Assembly (NCBI GenBank): GCA_019358935.1
Contig: JAHHIK010000048.1
Span: forward strand, 1 to 59,111
Direction: 5' to 3'
Origin: Tolypothrix carrinoi HA7290-LM1
Lineage (GTDB): Bacteria; Cyanobacteriota; Cyanobacteriia; Cyanobacteriales; Nostocaceae
Length of the DNA stretch: 59,111 nucleotides
In this document: positions 50,448 through 59,111 of the stretch, piece by piece
How positions within the stretch are numbered: position 1 is the stretch's first letter
How the letters are laid out: every line of letters starts with the position of its first letter
The notes under the pieces: model-generated
What the model was told of the DNA's origin: nothing
The model's database searches: none
Seen by the model: the letters and a program-made list of their open reading frames with translations, nothing else
Program-made: the position numbers and the translations under genes

Positions 50448-51181
50448 CTTTTCTGGGGGATGACAATGTAACCTGTAGTGCGATCGCCTAATACGCGCGT
50501 TGCGTTGTTCTCCCCAATACCACCAGTGTGCAGCTACGTAAGCGCAAATGATACTATCTAGTTTATCTTCTATTGCTTTGAGTGCTGCACCTGTTGTGGG
50601 GATTTCGGAGGGAAACGAACCGCAGAGGCGCGGAGAACGCAGAGAGGGATTAAGAGAGGGTAGGATATGAAGGATGTAATTGTGGAGTTTGAGAAGTTCT
50701 AAATGGCGATCGCTTAATCGTCCTTTTTTGTATTTGAGGATGCGTTGTAAGTTGAAGAGATGGACGATTGCGGGGTGGGGAAAGACTTCTATTTGATATC
50801 TACCGAGTTTTTGCGGTTCGATGGTTGGTGCGTGTGTGAAACCACGCGATTCTAGCTGTAAACCGAAGTTGAGGGTGCGATCGCTGCTAGGGTAAATTCA
50901 AATTTGCTGGGTAGCATCCAGCGTGATATTTGCCAAAGTGTTTGTGACTGAGTTTATCTGGTAAGCGACTCCCGGTAGCGTTGGGGATGAGGGTAGGTGC
51001 GTCTACGGCAATGATTGCTGCTTCGTCTGGTTTTATGTGAGTATCAATCCAGGTGAGGATGTCTGCAATAAATTCTTTGCGATCGCTCGTCGAGTAGTTG
51101 AAGTTGATTATCTGTCCATTGTAAGCAGCATAGTCCGCTTGGTTGCGATTTCCAGCCGAAATCAATACCGATAAATTTCAT
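50420..51181 (-). pseudogene. DUF429 (RNase H-fold) protein with frameshifts and an in-frame stop
   Basis: MKFIGIDFGW, AVDAP, IEVFPHP and EDKLDSIICA are distributed over different frames. Confidence 0.85.
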
Positions 51182-51507
51182 TACCGTAAACTTAAACGTG
51201 CGGTTATTGTCGCATTTTTGGGCGATCGTTGACAGGTTGGGGAGCAGGTGAGATATAACTGACATATTGCAATCTAATTAACAATTAGCTCAGTAGATTC
51301 ACGTAAAAATAATTTATAAAACTCTGGAAGTCTTAATGTTCAGGGTTTCCTATCGAAATTGGCTCTTAAATTCTGCTGCCTGAAAGGGTAATTAAAGAAT
51401 GCAATTTCGTCCAAATTCTTTCTCACTTAAGGATTATTAGCAATGAATTTAGAAGACCTATTTGCAAAGAAAACCTGTAAAATTGGTAATGAACAAAAGA
51501 GCGCACT

Positions 51508-51703
51508 CGTGAAGGTGCTGAAAGCGTATCTGTAATTCCTACTGCGGAACTTAATAGTATTATGGAAACAGCATACTTGTTTGAGTCACCTGAAAATGCA
51601 ACCCGTCTTCTCGCAGCTATCGAACGTGCTAAAGCGCGAACTTTTAAACCTCAAACTGTAGATGACTTGCGTGGCTGAGTTTGGACTTGACGAAGAAGAG
51701 TAA
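51508..51703 (+). pseudogene. 5'-truncated YefM/Phd antitoxin remnant, toxin absent
   Basis: REGAESVSVIPTAELNSIMETAYLFESPENATRLLAAIERA. Confidence 0.75.
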
Positions 51704-51843
51704 ATTGATTTTCGCGTCTTTTGCGATATCACAATGCGCGATCGCTAATCCGCACTCAACTATAAGTTGCCCCATCAAATGAATTTGATAGGCTCTACAA
51801 TTCAAGGAAGGTAAAAGAAGCAACTAACACAAAGGATGAGGCA

Positions 51844-52353
51844 ATGCTTGACTTAACCAAAATCCAATCGATAGCGAAGTCTTATTCTCCTCAAGAACTC
51901 TTTGCTGCTTTGGTATGTCTGGTGCAATTTAATCAGTTCGATGGTCAAGAGGTAATTACTGACCTTTCTGGACGCACGGATTTATGGGCAAGCTTTCTGT
52001 TCACAAAACCAATCTTTGCACCAGATGAAAATGGTTTAAGCTTTGGTGGTATGATCGATACCCTCTTGGCAATGGCAAACTATCGTCCCATGCCTGAGAC
52101 TAGCATCATCCATTTTGTTGCTTATCCTGGGGATGCGTTATACATCCTTACCGAGAACCAAGATACAAAGGTATCTCAGCTTTTAGACTTAGGTAAAAAG
52201 TGGCGTGCTGATTCAGTAGAAATAATTGATGGTACGAATGAGGACTACAGTTTTCGGCTGAAGCGCCGACTGAGAACTCGATATTCGGGGGCGTTATGGG
52301 ATAATGATGTTGAACACCGTGATGCAGTCATTGTTTGTTATTGGTGGGATTGA
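51844..52353 (+). CDS. Hypothetical protein ending in WWD
   Basis: 169-aa ORF with a purine-rich RBS (GGATGAGG); no family recognised. Confidence 0.75.
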   Translation: MLDLTKIQSIAKSYSPQELFAALVCLVQFNQFDGQEVITDLSGRTDLWASFLFTKPIFAPDENGLSFGGMIDTLLAMANYRPMPETSIIHFVAYPGDALYILTENQDTKVSQLLDLGKKWRADSVEIIDGTNEDYSFRLKRRLRTRYSGALWDNDVEHRDAVIVCYWWD

Positions 52354-52450
52354 ATACAGAATTGGTGTTAAGTAGGTCAGCCAAAATATTTATACATTGC
52401 GACAATCCCAAATTATTGCGTTTAATTTTGCACAACCACTTACCCTGCGT

Positions 52451-53398
52451 CTACAAATCTGCAAATCTATCTGTCGTTTCAATTAAAGCACTCTTGATTC
52501 CAACTTCACTCATCGAATGTCCAGCATCAGGAACAACAATAAATTCAGCTTCCTGCCAAGCAAGATGTAATTCCCAGGCTGAGATCATCGGACAAACTAC
52601 ATCATATCTTCCTTGCACAATTATAGCCGGAATATGACGAATACGATTAACATTTACAAGTAATTGATCTTCGCTTTCAAAAAATCCCTTATTTATGAAA
52701 TAATGACATTCAATTCTGGCAAAAGCATCGGCAAATTCACTTTCACCAAATATTTGCATTAGCTGTTTATCTAAAAAAAGTCTACTTGTGCTAGCTTCCC
52801 AAATTGACCAAGCACGCGCTGCTTCTAACCTGATTTGTAAGTCGGGACTTGTCAAGCGTTTGTAATAAGCTGTAAGCATATCGTCACGTTCAGCGAGAGG
52901 AATCGGTTTTAAATATTCCTCCCAAGCGTCAGGAAAAATGTAGCTAGCACCTTCTTGATAAAACCAGCGCAATTCTTTTTGACGCAGCATAAAAATACCG
53001 CGTAAAATTAAACCTTTGCAACGTTCCGGATAAGTTTGACTGTAAGCTAATGACAGGGTACTCCCCCAACTACCACCGAAAACAACCCACTTTTCTATTT
53101 CTAAATGTTCTCGAAGTTTTTCAATATCATCTACTAAATCCCAAGTTGTATTTTCTCGCAATTCTGCATGAGGTGTACTTTGACCGCAACCGCGTTGATC
53201 AAACATTATCAAACGCCATTTTTCCGGATGAAAATATTGTCGATAAAAAGCTGGACATCCACCACCGGGTCCACCATGTAGTAAAACTATTGGCTTACCT
53301 TGCGGGTTTCCTGATTCTTCAAAATGAATTGCGTGCAAGTCGGAAACTTGTAGTTTACCTTGTTTATAAGGTTTTATAGGTGGGTACAGTTCGCGCAT
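52451..53398 (-). CDS. pip: Proline iminopeptidase
   Basis: HGGPGG, DQRGCG, GGSWG, GRYDVVC and AGHS motifs. Confidence 0.96.
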   Translation of the reverse strand: MRELYPPIKPYKQGKLQVSDLHAIHFEESGNPQGKPIVLLHGGPGGGCPAFYRQYFHPEKWRLIMFDQRGCGQSTPHAELRENTTWDLVDDIEKLREHLEIEKWVVFGGSWGSTLSLAYSQTYPERCKGLILRGIFMLRQKELRWFYQEGASYIFPDAWEEYLKPIPLAERDDMLTAYYKRLTSPDLQIRLEAARAWSIWEASTSRLFLDKQLMQIFGESEFADAFARIECHYFINKGFFESEDQLLVNVNRIRHIPAIIVQGRYDVVCPMISAWELHLAWQEAEFIVVPDAGHSMSEVGIKSALIETTDRFADL

Positions 53399-53517
53399 TT
53401 TGATATTATAAGTAGATAGGCATTGTTATGAGCGGTAAACCGCTCACTACAATAAAATTAATAATTTAAAATGGTGCGTTACACTGAGTTAACGCACCCT
53501 ACAAAAAGATTTCAAAT

Positions 53518-55080
53518 TTAACTTACAGTCATTAACTGATTATTTGTTTGTTGCTTTGCTTGTTTTATGGCTGCGAGTTTTTCTTGAAGTTGCGATCTAA
53601 CTTGATAGCGGTAGCTGAAGAAATGTTCGCCAACGCCACATGTGGTTAAATAATCGTATAATAAACGAGGTTTATTAAGAGCGATCGCCAACAATTGCCA
53701 CCAAAATCTAAATCTGGTTGAACGTACTATACCTTGTCGCCAACAAATTGCTGCAAATAAACGAATTTCATGCCAAGTAATCGGACGGTTGGTTTTACCT
53801 CGCCAAGCGTTCATCATCATAAAGTGGTAGAATGTACGCTTCAAATAAGGCATTGGTTCATAGATATTCCAAAAGGCATCTATGTATTCTTCAGTAATTT
53901 CTTCCACCGCACGAGTTGGAACAAAGTTCATCACCGCACCTTGGTGAATCGTTCCCAAATCATCCAGCAGTCGTCCTTCCTGCTTTAGACGAGTCCACAT
54001 GGCAGTATTTTGCAATGCTTGCAATAAGCTCAACATGCCTTGGGGAATACCCGTTTCTTCGATAAAATCCTGAATTCGCTTACCTGCTTGCGGACGTTCA
54101 TTATCAAAGCCCATAATAAACCCAGACATAATCTGCAATCCTGCCCGTGTAATTTTGTGGCAAGATTCAATTAAATCTTGGCGTGTATTTTGGACTTTGT
54201 GAATTCCCAAAAGGCTATCTGTATCTGGCGTTTCAATGCCCATGAAAACCATTGTAAAACCAGCTTTCACCATCAATTCAATTAATTCGTCATCCTCTGC
54301 CAAGTTGAGTGAAGCTTCTGTCAGCAAAATGAAGGGATAATTGCGTTCTTCCATCCAAGGAATGAGCGCTTGTAAAAATATTTTCGCATTGCGTTTGTTG
54401 CCAATAAAATTATCATCGACAACAAATACATATCGACGCCATCCCAAATCATAAAGAACTTGCAATTCCTTAAGCATTTGCTCTGGTGTCTTTGTGCGGG
54501 GTTTGCGTCCATACAAATTGATGATGTCGCAAAACTCACATTGAAACGGACATCCGCGAGAAAATTGCACCGTAATTGCTAAGTAAGCATCTAAATCTAA
54601 TAAATCATACCGCGCAATTGGAGTTTGGGTGACATCCGGTTTTTCTGTAGCCCGGAAAATGCCTTTTTCTTCTCCTCGTGCCAAAGCTTCTAAAAACATC
54701 GGCATGGTGCATTCTCCCTCATCTAAAATGAGATAATGCGCTCCCGCTTCTAAGGGAAATTCAGGTACTGATGTTGCAAAGGGACCACCGACTGCAACCT
54801 TTTTACCTAACATTACCCCTTTTTGAATCAATTCTCGAAAATCCTCTTTTTGGATAATCATTGCAGAGATGATTACAATATCGCACCAAGCCCAATCTTC
54901 ATCTGTCTCATGGCGGATATTGCGATCGCAAAATCTAATTTCCCAGTCAGTTGGCAGCATTGCCGCTACTGTAATTAAACCCAATGGCGGATTTGTGGAG
55001 CGTAAACCTGCCAGATCAAGCGTTTCCTGGTAAGACCAGAAGGAATTGGGCATTATGGGCCAGAGTAGTAAAGCTCTCAT
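53518..55080 (-). CDS. B12-binding radical SAM protein with DUF4070-like C-terminus
   Basis: PPLGLITVAAMLP, RGCPFQCEFC, VDDNFIG and GFIMGFD motifs. Confidence 0.92.
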   Translation of the reverse strand: MRALLLWPIMPNSFWSYQETLDLAGLRSTNPPLGLITVAAMLPTDWEIRFCDRNIRHETDEDWAWCDIVIISAMIIQKEDFRELIQKGVMLGKKVAVGGPFATSVPEFPLEAGAHYLILDEGECTMPMFLEALARGEEKGIFRATEKPDVTQTPIARYDLLDLDAYLAITVQFSRGCPFQCEFCDIINLYGRKPRTKTPEQMLKELQVLYDLGWRRYVFVVDDNFIGNKRNAKIFLQALIPWMEERNYPFILLTEASLNLAEDDELIELMVKAGFTMVFMGIETPDTDSLLGIHKVQNTRQDLIESCHKITRAGLQIMSGFIMGFDNERPQAGKRIQDFIEETGIPQGMLSLLQALQNTAMWTRLKQEGRLLDDLGTIHQGAVMNFVPTRAVEEITEEYIDAFWNIYEPMPYLKRTFYHFMMMNAWRGKTNRPITWHEIRLFAAICWRQGIVRSTRFRFWWQLLAIALNKPRLLYDYLTTCGVGEHFFSYRYQVRSQLQEKLAAIKQAKQQTNNQLMTVS

Positions 55081-55189
55081 TAGCAAATACCCCAGAACTA
55101 AAAAAATACATTAATTTCAACGTTACTGCTAGTTTCTCTCACAAGAGCTTACGTTTTGTACATTTTTGTAACTTAAAGGACATATTTCG

Positions 55190-55590
55190 GGGATGGGGGG
55201 ATGGGGGACGGGGGGACTCCTTGGAGACAAGGGGGACAAGGGGGACAAGGGGGACAAGGGGAAAAGCCCAATGACGGCAGGTGCGCGTCTGCCGGGAAAC
55301 CCGTCCAACGCACAGCCAAACCTATGCCCAATTACCAATTACCCTTCGGGTTCTGAAGTCGCTCATGGGGGAAACCACGGCAGATGCGTGACTGTCGGCG
55401 TTCGCCCTTGGCGTTGCCGAAGGCTAGCCGCCCAACGCACTGCCTCCCCTTGGCGTTAGCCTCTCCCAAAGGGAGAAGACCGCGCTGGCTCACCAATTAC
55501 CAATTACCTATTCCCAATGACGGCAGATGCTCCACTTGGGGAGACCCCAAGACCGCACAGCCAAACCTATGCCCAATGCCCAATGCCCAA
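55190..55590. repeat. STRR arrays plus several nested small dispersed repeats
   Basis: GGGGACAAG units; ACGGCAG...GCACAGCCAAACCTATGCCC twice; a GTCGCTCATGGG...GACCGCGC shell. Confidence 0.88.
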
Positions 55591-55680
55591 CCCCTAACAA
55601 ATCTCAGAAAATGTCAAAATGAAATGAGTTTTGCGATCGCACATTTACTATAGTGCTTTCTTTGAGATAAGTTAAAATTT

Positions 55681-56688
55681 ATGGGCAAGCAGCGCGTTCT
55701 GTCGGGAGTTCAACCAACTGGCAATTATCATCTCGGTAACTACTTGGGAGCGATTCGTAACTGGGTAGAAGGACAGAGCGAGTATGAAAATTATCTCTTT
55801 GTGGCTGATTTACATGCAATAACTGTACCGCATAATCCAGCGACACTGGCAGCTGATACTTACACCCTGGTGGCTCTTTATCTAGCTTGCGGTTTAGATT
55901 TAGAATATTCGACAATCTTTGTCCAATCTCACGTCTCGGCTCACAGTGAGCTTGCTTGGCTGCTAAACTGCATTACGCCGATGAACTGGTTAGAAGATAT
56001 GATCCAGTTTAAGGAAAAAGCTGTCAAACAAGGCGAAAATGTCAATGTCGGTTTGCTGGACTATCCGGTGCTAATGGCAGCGGATATTTTGCTCTACCAA
56101 GCTGATAAAGTGCCGGTGGGTGAAGACCAAAAGCAACACTTGGAATTGACGCGGGATATTGCCAATCGATTTAATCATCAGTTTGCCAAGCCCGATCAAC
56201 CCGTGTTAAAATTACCAGACCCTTTAATCCGCAAAGAAGGCGCAAGGCTAATGAGTTTGACGGATGGAACGAAGAAAATGTCGAAATCCGATCCGTCAGA
56301 TTTGAGTAGAATCAATTTGCTAGATCCACCAGATTTAATTACCAAAAAGATTAAGAAGTGTAAAACCGATTTGGTTCGCGGTCTAAGTTTTGACGATCCA
56401 GAGCGTCCGGAATGTCACAATTTGTTAACGCTGTATATGCTGCTTTCTGGTAAAACAAAGGGGGAGGTTTCGCTTGAGTGTCAAGATATGGGTTGGGGAC
56501 AATTTAAGCCATTATTGACAGAAACGACGATTAATGCTTTAAAGCCGATTCAAGATAAATATCAAGCGGTGATGGATGACAAAGGCTATCTAGAGTCAGT
56601 GTTGCGCTCTGGACGGGAAAAAGCTGGGGCGATCGCACTTTCTACCCTTACACAAGTAAAAGTCGCTTTGGGTTATTCTCTACCTTGA
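55681..56688 (+). CDS. trpS: Tryptophan-tRNA ligase
   Basis: HLGN, VPVGEDQ and KMSKS motifs. Confidence 0.98.
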   Translation: MGKQRVLSGVQPTGNYHLGNYLGAIRNWVEGQSEYENYLFVADLHAITVPHNPATLAADTYTLVALYLACGLDLEYSTIFVQSHVSAHSELAWLLNCITPMNWLEDMIQFKEKAVKQGENVNVGLLDYPVLMAADILLYQADKVPVGEDQKQHLELTRDIANRFNHQFAKPDQPVLKLPDPLIRKEGARLMSLTDGTKKMSKSDPSDLSRINLLDPPDLITKKIKKCKTDLVRGLSFDDPERPECHNLLTLYMLLSGKTKGEVSLECQDMGWGQFKPLLTETTINALKPIQDKYQAVMDDKGYLESVLRSGREKAGAIALSTLTQVKVALGYSLP

Positions 56689-56751
56689 TGAGGTTTCGCT
56701 TTTTAGTGCGCTGTGGTATAGGTGTACTTAGAGTACATAAATACCATAGTT

Positions 56752-57678
56752 ATGCTTGATACGTCAAAAGCAGCATTAACTTGCTTTCGCCAAGCAGCAA
56801 AAGCAGGTGATTTCTTGATAACAGCCGAGGTTACTCCTCCAAAGGGGGGTAATCCAGCGCACATGGTCAGTATGGCGGCGACTCTTAAGGGGAGGGTTCA
56901 TGCCGTCAATATTACTGATGGTAGCAGAGCAGTTCTGCGGATGTCTTCGTTAGTAGCTTCGGCGATTTTGTTACAAAATGGAATTGAGCCGATTTGTCAG
57001 ATGGCTTGTCGCGATCGCAATCGCATTAGTTTGCAAGCCGATTTAATGGGCGCTCATGCGTTGGGGATATATAACATTTTAGCATTGACTGGCGACCCGG
57101 TGAAAGCAGGCGATCACACCGATGCTAAAGGTGTATTTGACTTAGAAGCAGTGCGACTGTTGCAAGTCATCCAAAAGCTAAATCACGGCTTTGATTGCAA
57201 CGAAAAACCCTTGACTGACGGATCTACAGATTTATTTGCCGGTGCAGCAGTCGATCCGCAATGTGCGAGTTGGTCGGGTTTGCAAAGTCGATTTGAGCGC
57301 AAAATCCAAGCGGGAGCGCAATTTTTCCAAAGTCAGTTAATTACAGATTTTGAGCGGCTAGAAAAGTTTATGGACAAAATAGCCGCAGGTTCACAGAAAC
57401 CGATTTTAGCAGGGATTTTCTTGTTAAAGTCGGCGAAAAATGCCCAATTTATTAATAGGTGCGTTCCGGGTGTGAATATTCCTGACCATATTATTGATAG
57501 ATTAGCGCAAGCAAAAGACCCGCTGGAAGAAGGGATGAAAATTGCCGCCGAACAAGTCAAGATTGCGCGTCAATTGTGTCAAGGTGTGCATATGATGGCG
57601 GTGAAGCGTGAAGATTTGATAGTGCCAATTTTAGATATGGCTGGAGTGACGCCAGTTAAGGAGTTGGTAACAGTTTAA
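56752..57678 (+). CDS. metF: Methylenetetrahydrofolate reductase
   Basis: TAEVTPPK, VNITD, CRDRN, LTGDP and AGAQFFQSQ motifs. Confidence 0.93.
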   Translation: MLDTSKAALTCFRQAAKAGDFLITAEVTPPKGGNPAHMVSMAATLKGRVHAVNITDGSRAVLRMSSLVASAILLQNGIEPICQMACRDRNRISLQADLMGAHALGIYNILALTGDPVKAGDHTDAKGVFDLEAVRLLQVIQKLNHGFDCNEKPLTDGSTDLFAGAAVDPQCASWSGLQSRFERKIQAGAQFFQSQLITDFERLEKFMDKIAAGSQKPILAGIFLLKSAKNAQFINRCVPGVNIPDHIIDRLAQAKDPLEEGMKIAAEQVKIARQLCQGVHMMAVKREDLIVPILDMAGVTPVKELVTV

Positions 57679-57829
57679 GTAGGGTGAGGTGATTTATACG
57701 ACGGGCAACTCTTGGAGAGGCACGCTCGCATTTTTTATTAAAGCAGTTAGAATCAACTAGCTGCTTTATTACTTTGAGGATTTCGCTTGTGTATAAAATT
57801 AATTATCCTTAAGTAAATCAAGGAAAACT

Positions 57830-57997
57830 CACGCTTTTCGTTACTAACATCGCGCTTTTCGTTACTAACGTCACGGTTTTCGTTACCAACATCACGGTTT
57901 TCGTTACCAACATCACGGTTTTCGTTACTAACGTCACGGTTTTCGTTACCAACATCACGGTTTTCGTTACTAACATCGCGCTTTTCGTTACTAAGAT
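57830..57997. repeat. 21-bp tandem repeat, 8 copies
   Basis: Consensus CRCGSTTTTCGTTACYAACRT, contiguous, with no unique spacers. Confidence 0.92.
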
Positions 57998-58099
57998 TAT
58001 GGTAGTTCTCGTTTCCATCCAACATAATTTGGCGTTAGCAATGCCCACCTTACAAGATAGGCGATCGCACGCTTGAGCTAAAGCTAGATCGAGATAATC

Positions 58100-58388
58100 T
58101 TGATTGTCGTAACGATGTAGGTCTTCTTACGACTCACGGTATCCACCCCGACGTTCAGCAAGCTCTTGTTCAATTTCTGCTTCGTTGAGTAATTGTATTC
58201 CAGAAGCGATCGCTCGAGTACGAATTTCCCACAGCTTCTTAGCTAGGGGTGTTTGTGGAATGTATTCGGTAATGAGTGCTGTTGCGTCTGATTCAGATTT
58301 CAGCGCTTCCACAAAAAAAGAAAACTTTTTGCTGCTTTTCGGGTGTGAGTTCTCGCCAGCGTTCAAGTAATTGTTCTTCTTTACCCAT
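58100..58388 (-). pseudogene. Frameshifted antitoxin-like gene plus the first codons of a PIN-like toxin
   Basis: MGKEEQLLERWRELTPEKQQKV shifts frame at a T-run into FVEALK...ELAERRGGYRES. An overlapping GTG gives MSRKKTYI before the similarity breaks. Confidence 0.6.
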
Positions 58389-58583
58389 AATCCACCTCAT
58401 CATAGAGTGATGCTTCTATTTTTGCCCATTTTTTCGGTGGCGATACTCTTACAGAGGCGATCGCTTAATGTTGAACCAGAAGCCTAATATTTTTCAACTG
58501 TGGATTACAGGTGCGTAAACGCGCTCCTCCGCCTTTTCATTGCTAAACTAAAAAACAACCCTTACTCCTGCAAAGGTAGTCTT

Positions 58584-58991
58584 ATGACCTCTGCAACCGA
58601 CCCATCCACTGCCCTCACTCCTTTCCCCGACCATACGCAGCTACCAGAGTCTGACGGAACCTTTGTGAAAAATTGGCAAGAGCATCCCCAAAGCATCTTA
58701 CTGACTGACTCAATTACACCTGTGCTCAAACAATTACATCCCGATGGTGAATATTGTATAGGTCAGGACTTAGGTATTTACTGGCGCTTGACAGACCCCC
58801 CAGAGAAAGGAGCAGAAGCACCAGATTGGTTTTATGTAGGAAATGTACCACCGTTGCTCGATGGACTAACGCGAAGGTCTTACGTACTGTGGCGAGAGCA
58901 TATTGCCCCTTTGATTGCCTTAGAATTTGTCTCTGGGGATGGTAGCGAAGAACGAGACAAAACCCCTTGGACGGGTAAATTCTGGATTTAT
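58584..58991 (+). pseudogene. Uma2-family gene interrupted by an IS end
   Basis: PDHTQLP, APDWFYV, LEFVSGDG and GKFWIY, then an abrupt switch to IS sequence. Confidence 0.8.
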
Positions 58992-59111
58992 AAGAGGTAT
59001 GCTGAAAACCCCTTGGCTTTAGCCAGGGGATGAAAGCTACGATGCAGGGTTAACCAAGCGCCGTGATATTTTCTTTTAGTGGTTCCGGCAAAGTATCAAG
59101 CAAGTCTTCAA
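58992..59111 (+). mobile_element. Left end of an IS200/IS605-family element (continues beyond the window)
   Basis: TTAT target at 58988-58991; AAAA followed by the hairpin CCCCTTGGC-TTTA-GCCAGGGG. Confidence 0.75.

Noticed and set aside
53518..55080. hpnP hopanoid C-2 methylase
   Set aside because: Same superfamily, but the N-terminus (SFWSY...PPLGL) fits the generic DUF4070 group. It cannot be assigned without a phylogeny.
57830..57997. CRISPR array
   Set aside because: Units are contiguous with no unique spacers, and no cas genes are in view.

Overview
Chromosomal window from a filamentous, most likely heterocyst-forming cyanobacterium (Nostocales). This rests on very frequent HIP1 octamers (GCGATCGC), many 7/9-bp STRR tandem arrays, and psbI, ccbP and COP23 genes. 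Most of the window is housekeeping (mtnA, dxs, prs, bioD, menD, folB, rbsK, glgP, pip, trpS, metF, an LptD-like gene), interspersed with accessory islets. Highlights: (1) an adjacent CHAT (caspase-like) protease and membrane NACHT-NTPase pair sharing a 21-residue Gly/Asn/Tyr pseudo-repeat motif (16/21 identical), a candidate amyloid-signalling immune module; (2) a 367-bp protein-less IS200/IS605-type element with IS608-like end signals that keeps a TnpB omega-RNA-like scaffold and sits in an inverted repeat covering a ribosome-binding site; (3) a Streptomyces melC1/melC2-like caddie-tyrosinase operon with a His-free caddie and a Tat-type intradiol dioxygenase; (4) pseudogene lesions that coincide with HIP1 sites; (5) nested MITE and small-repeat families, TA pairs and decayed STAND/TA relics. 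All family assignments come from motif recognition without database searches.
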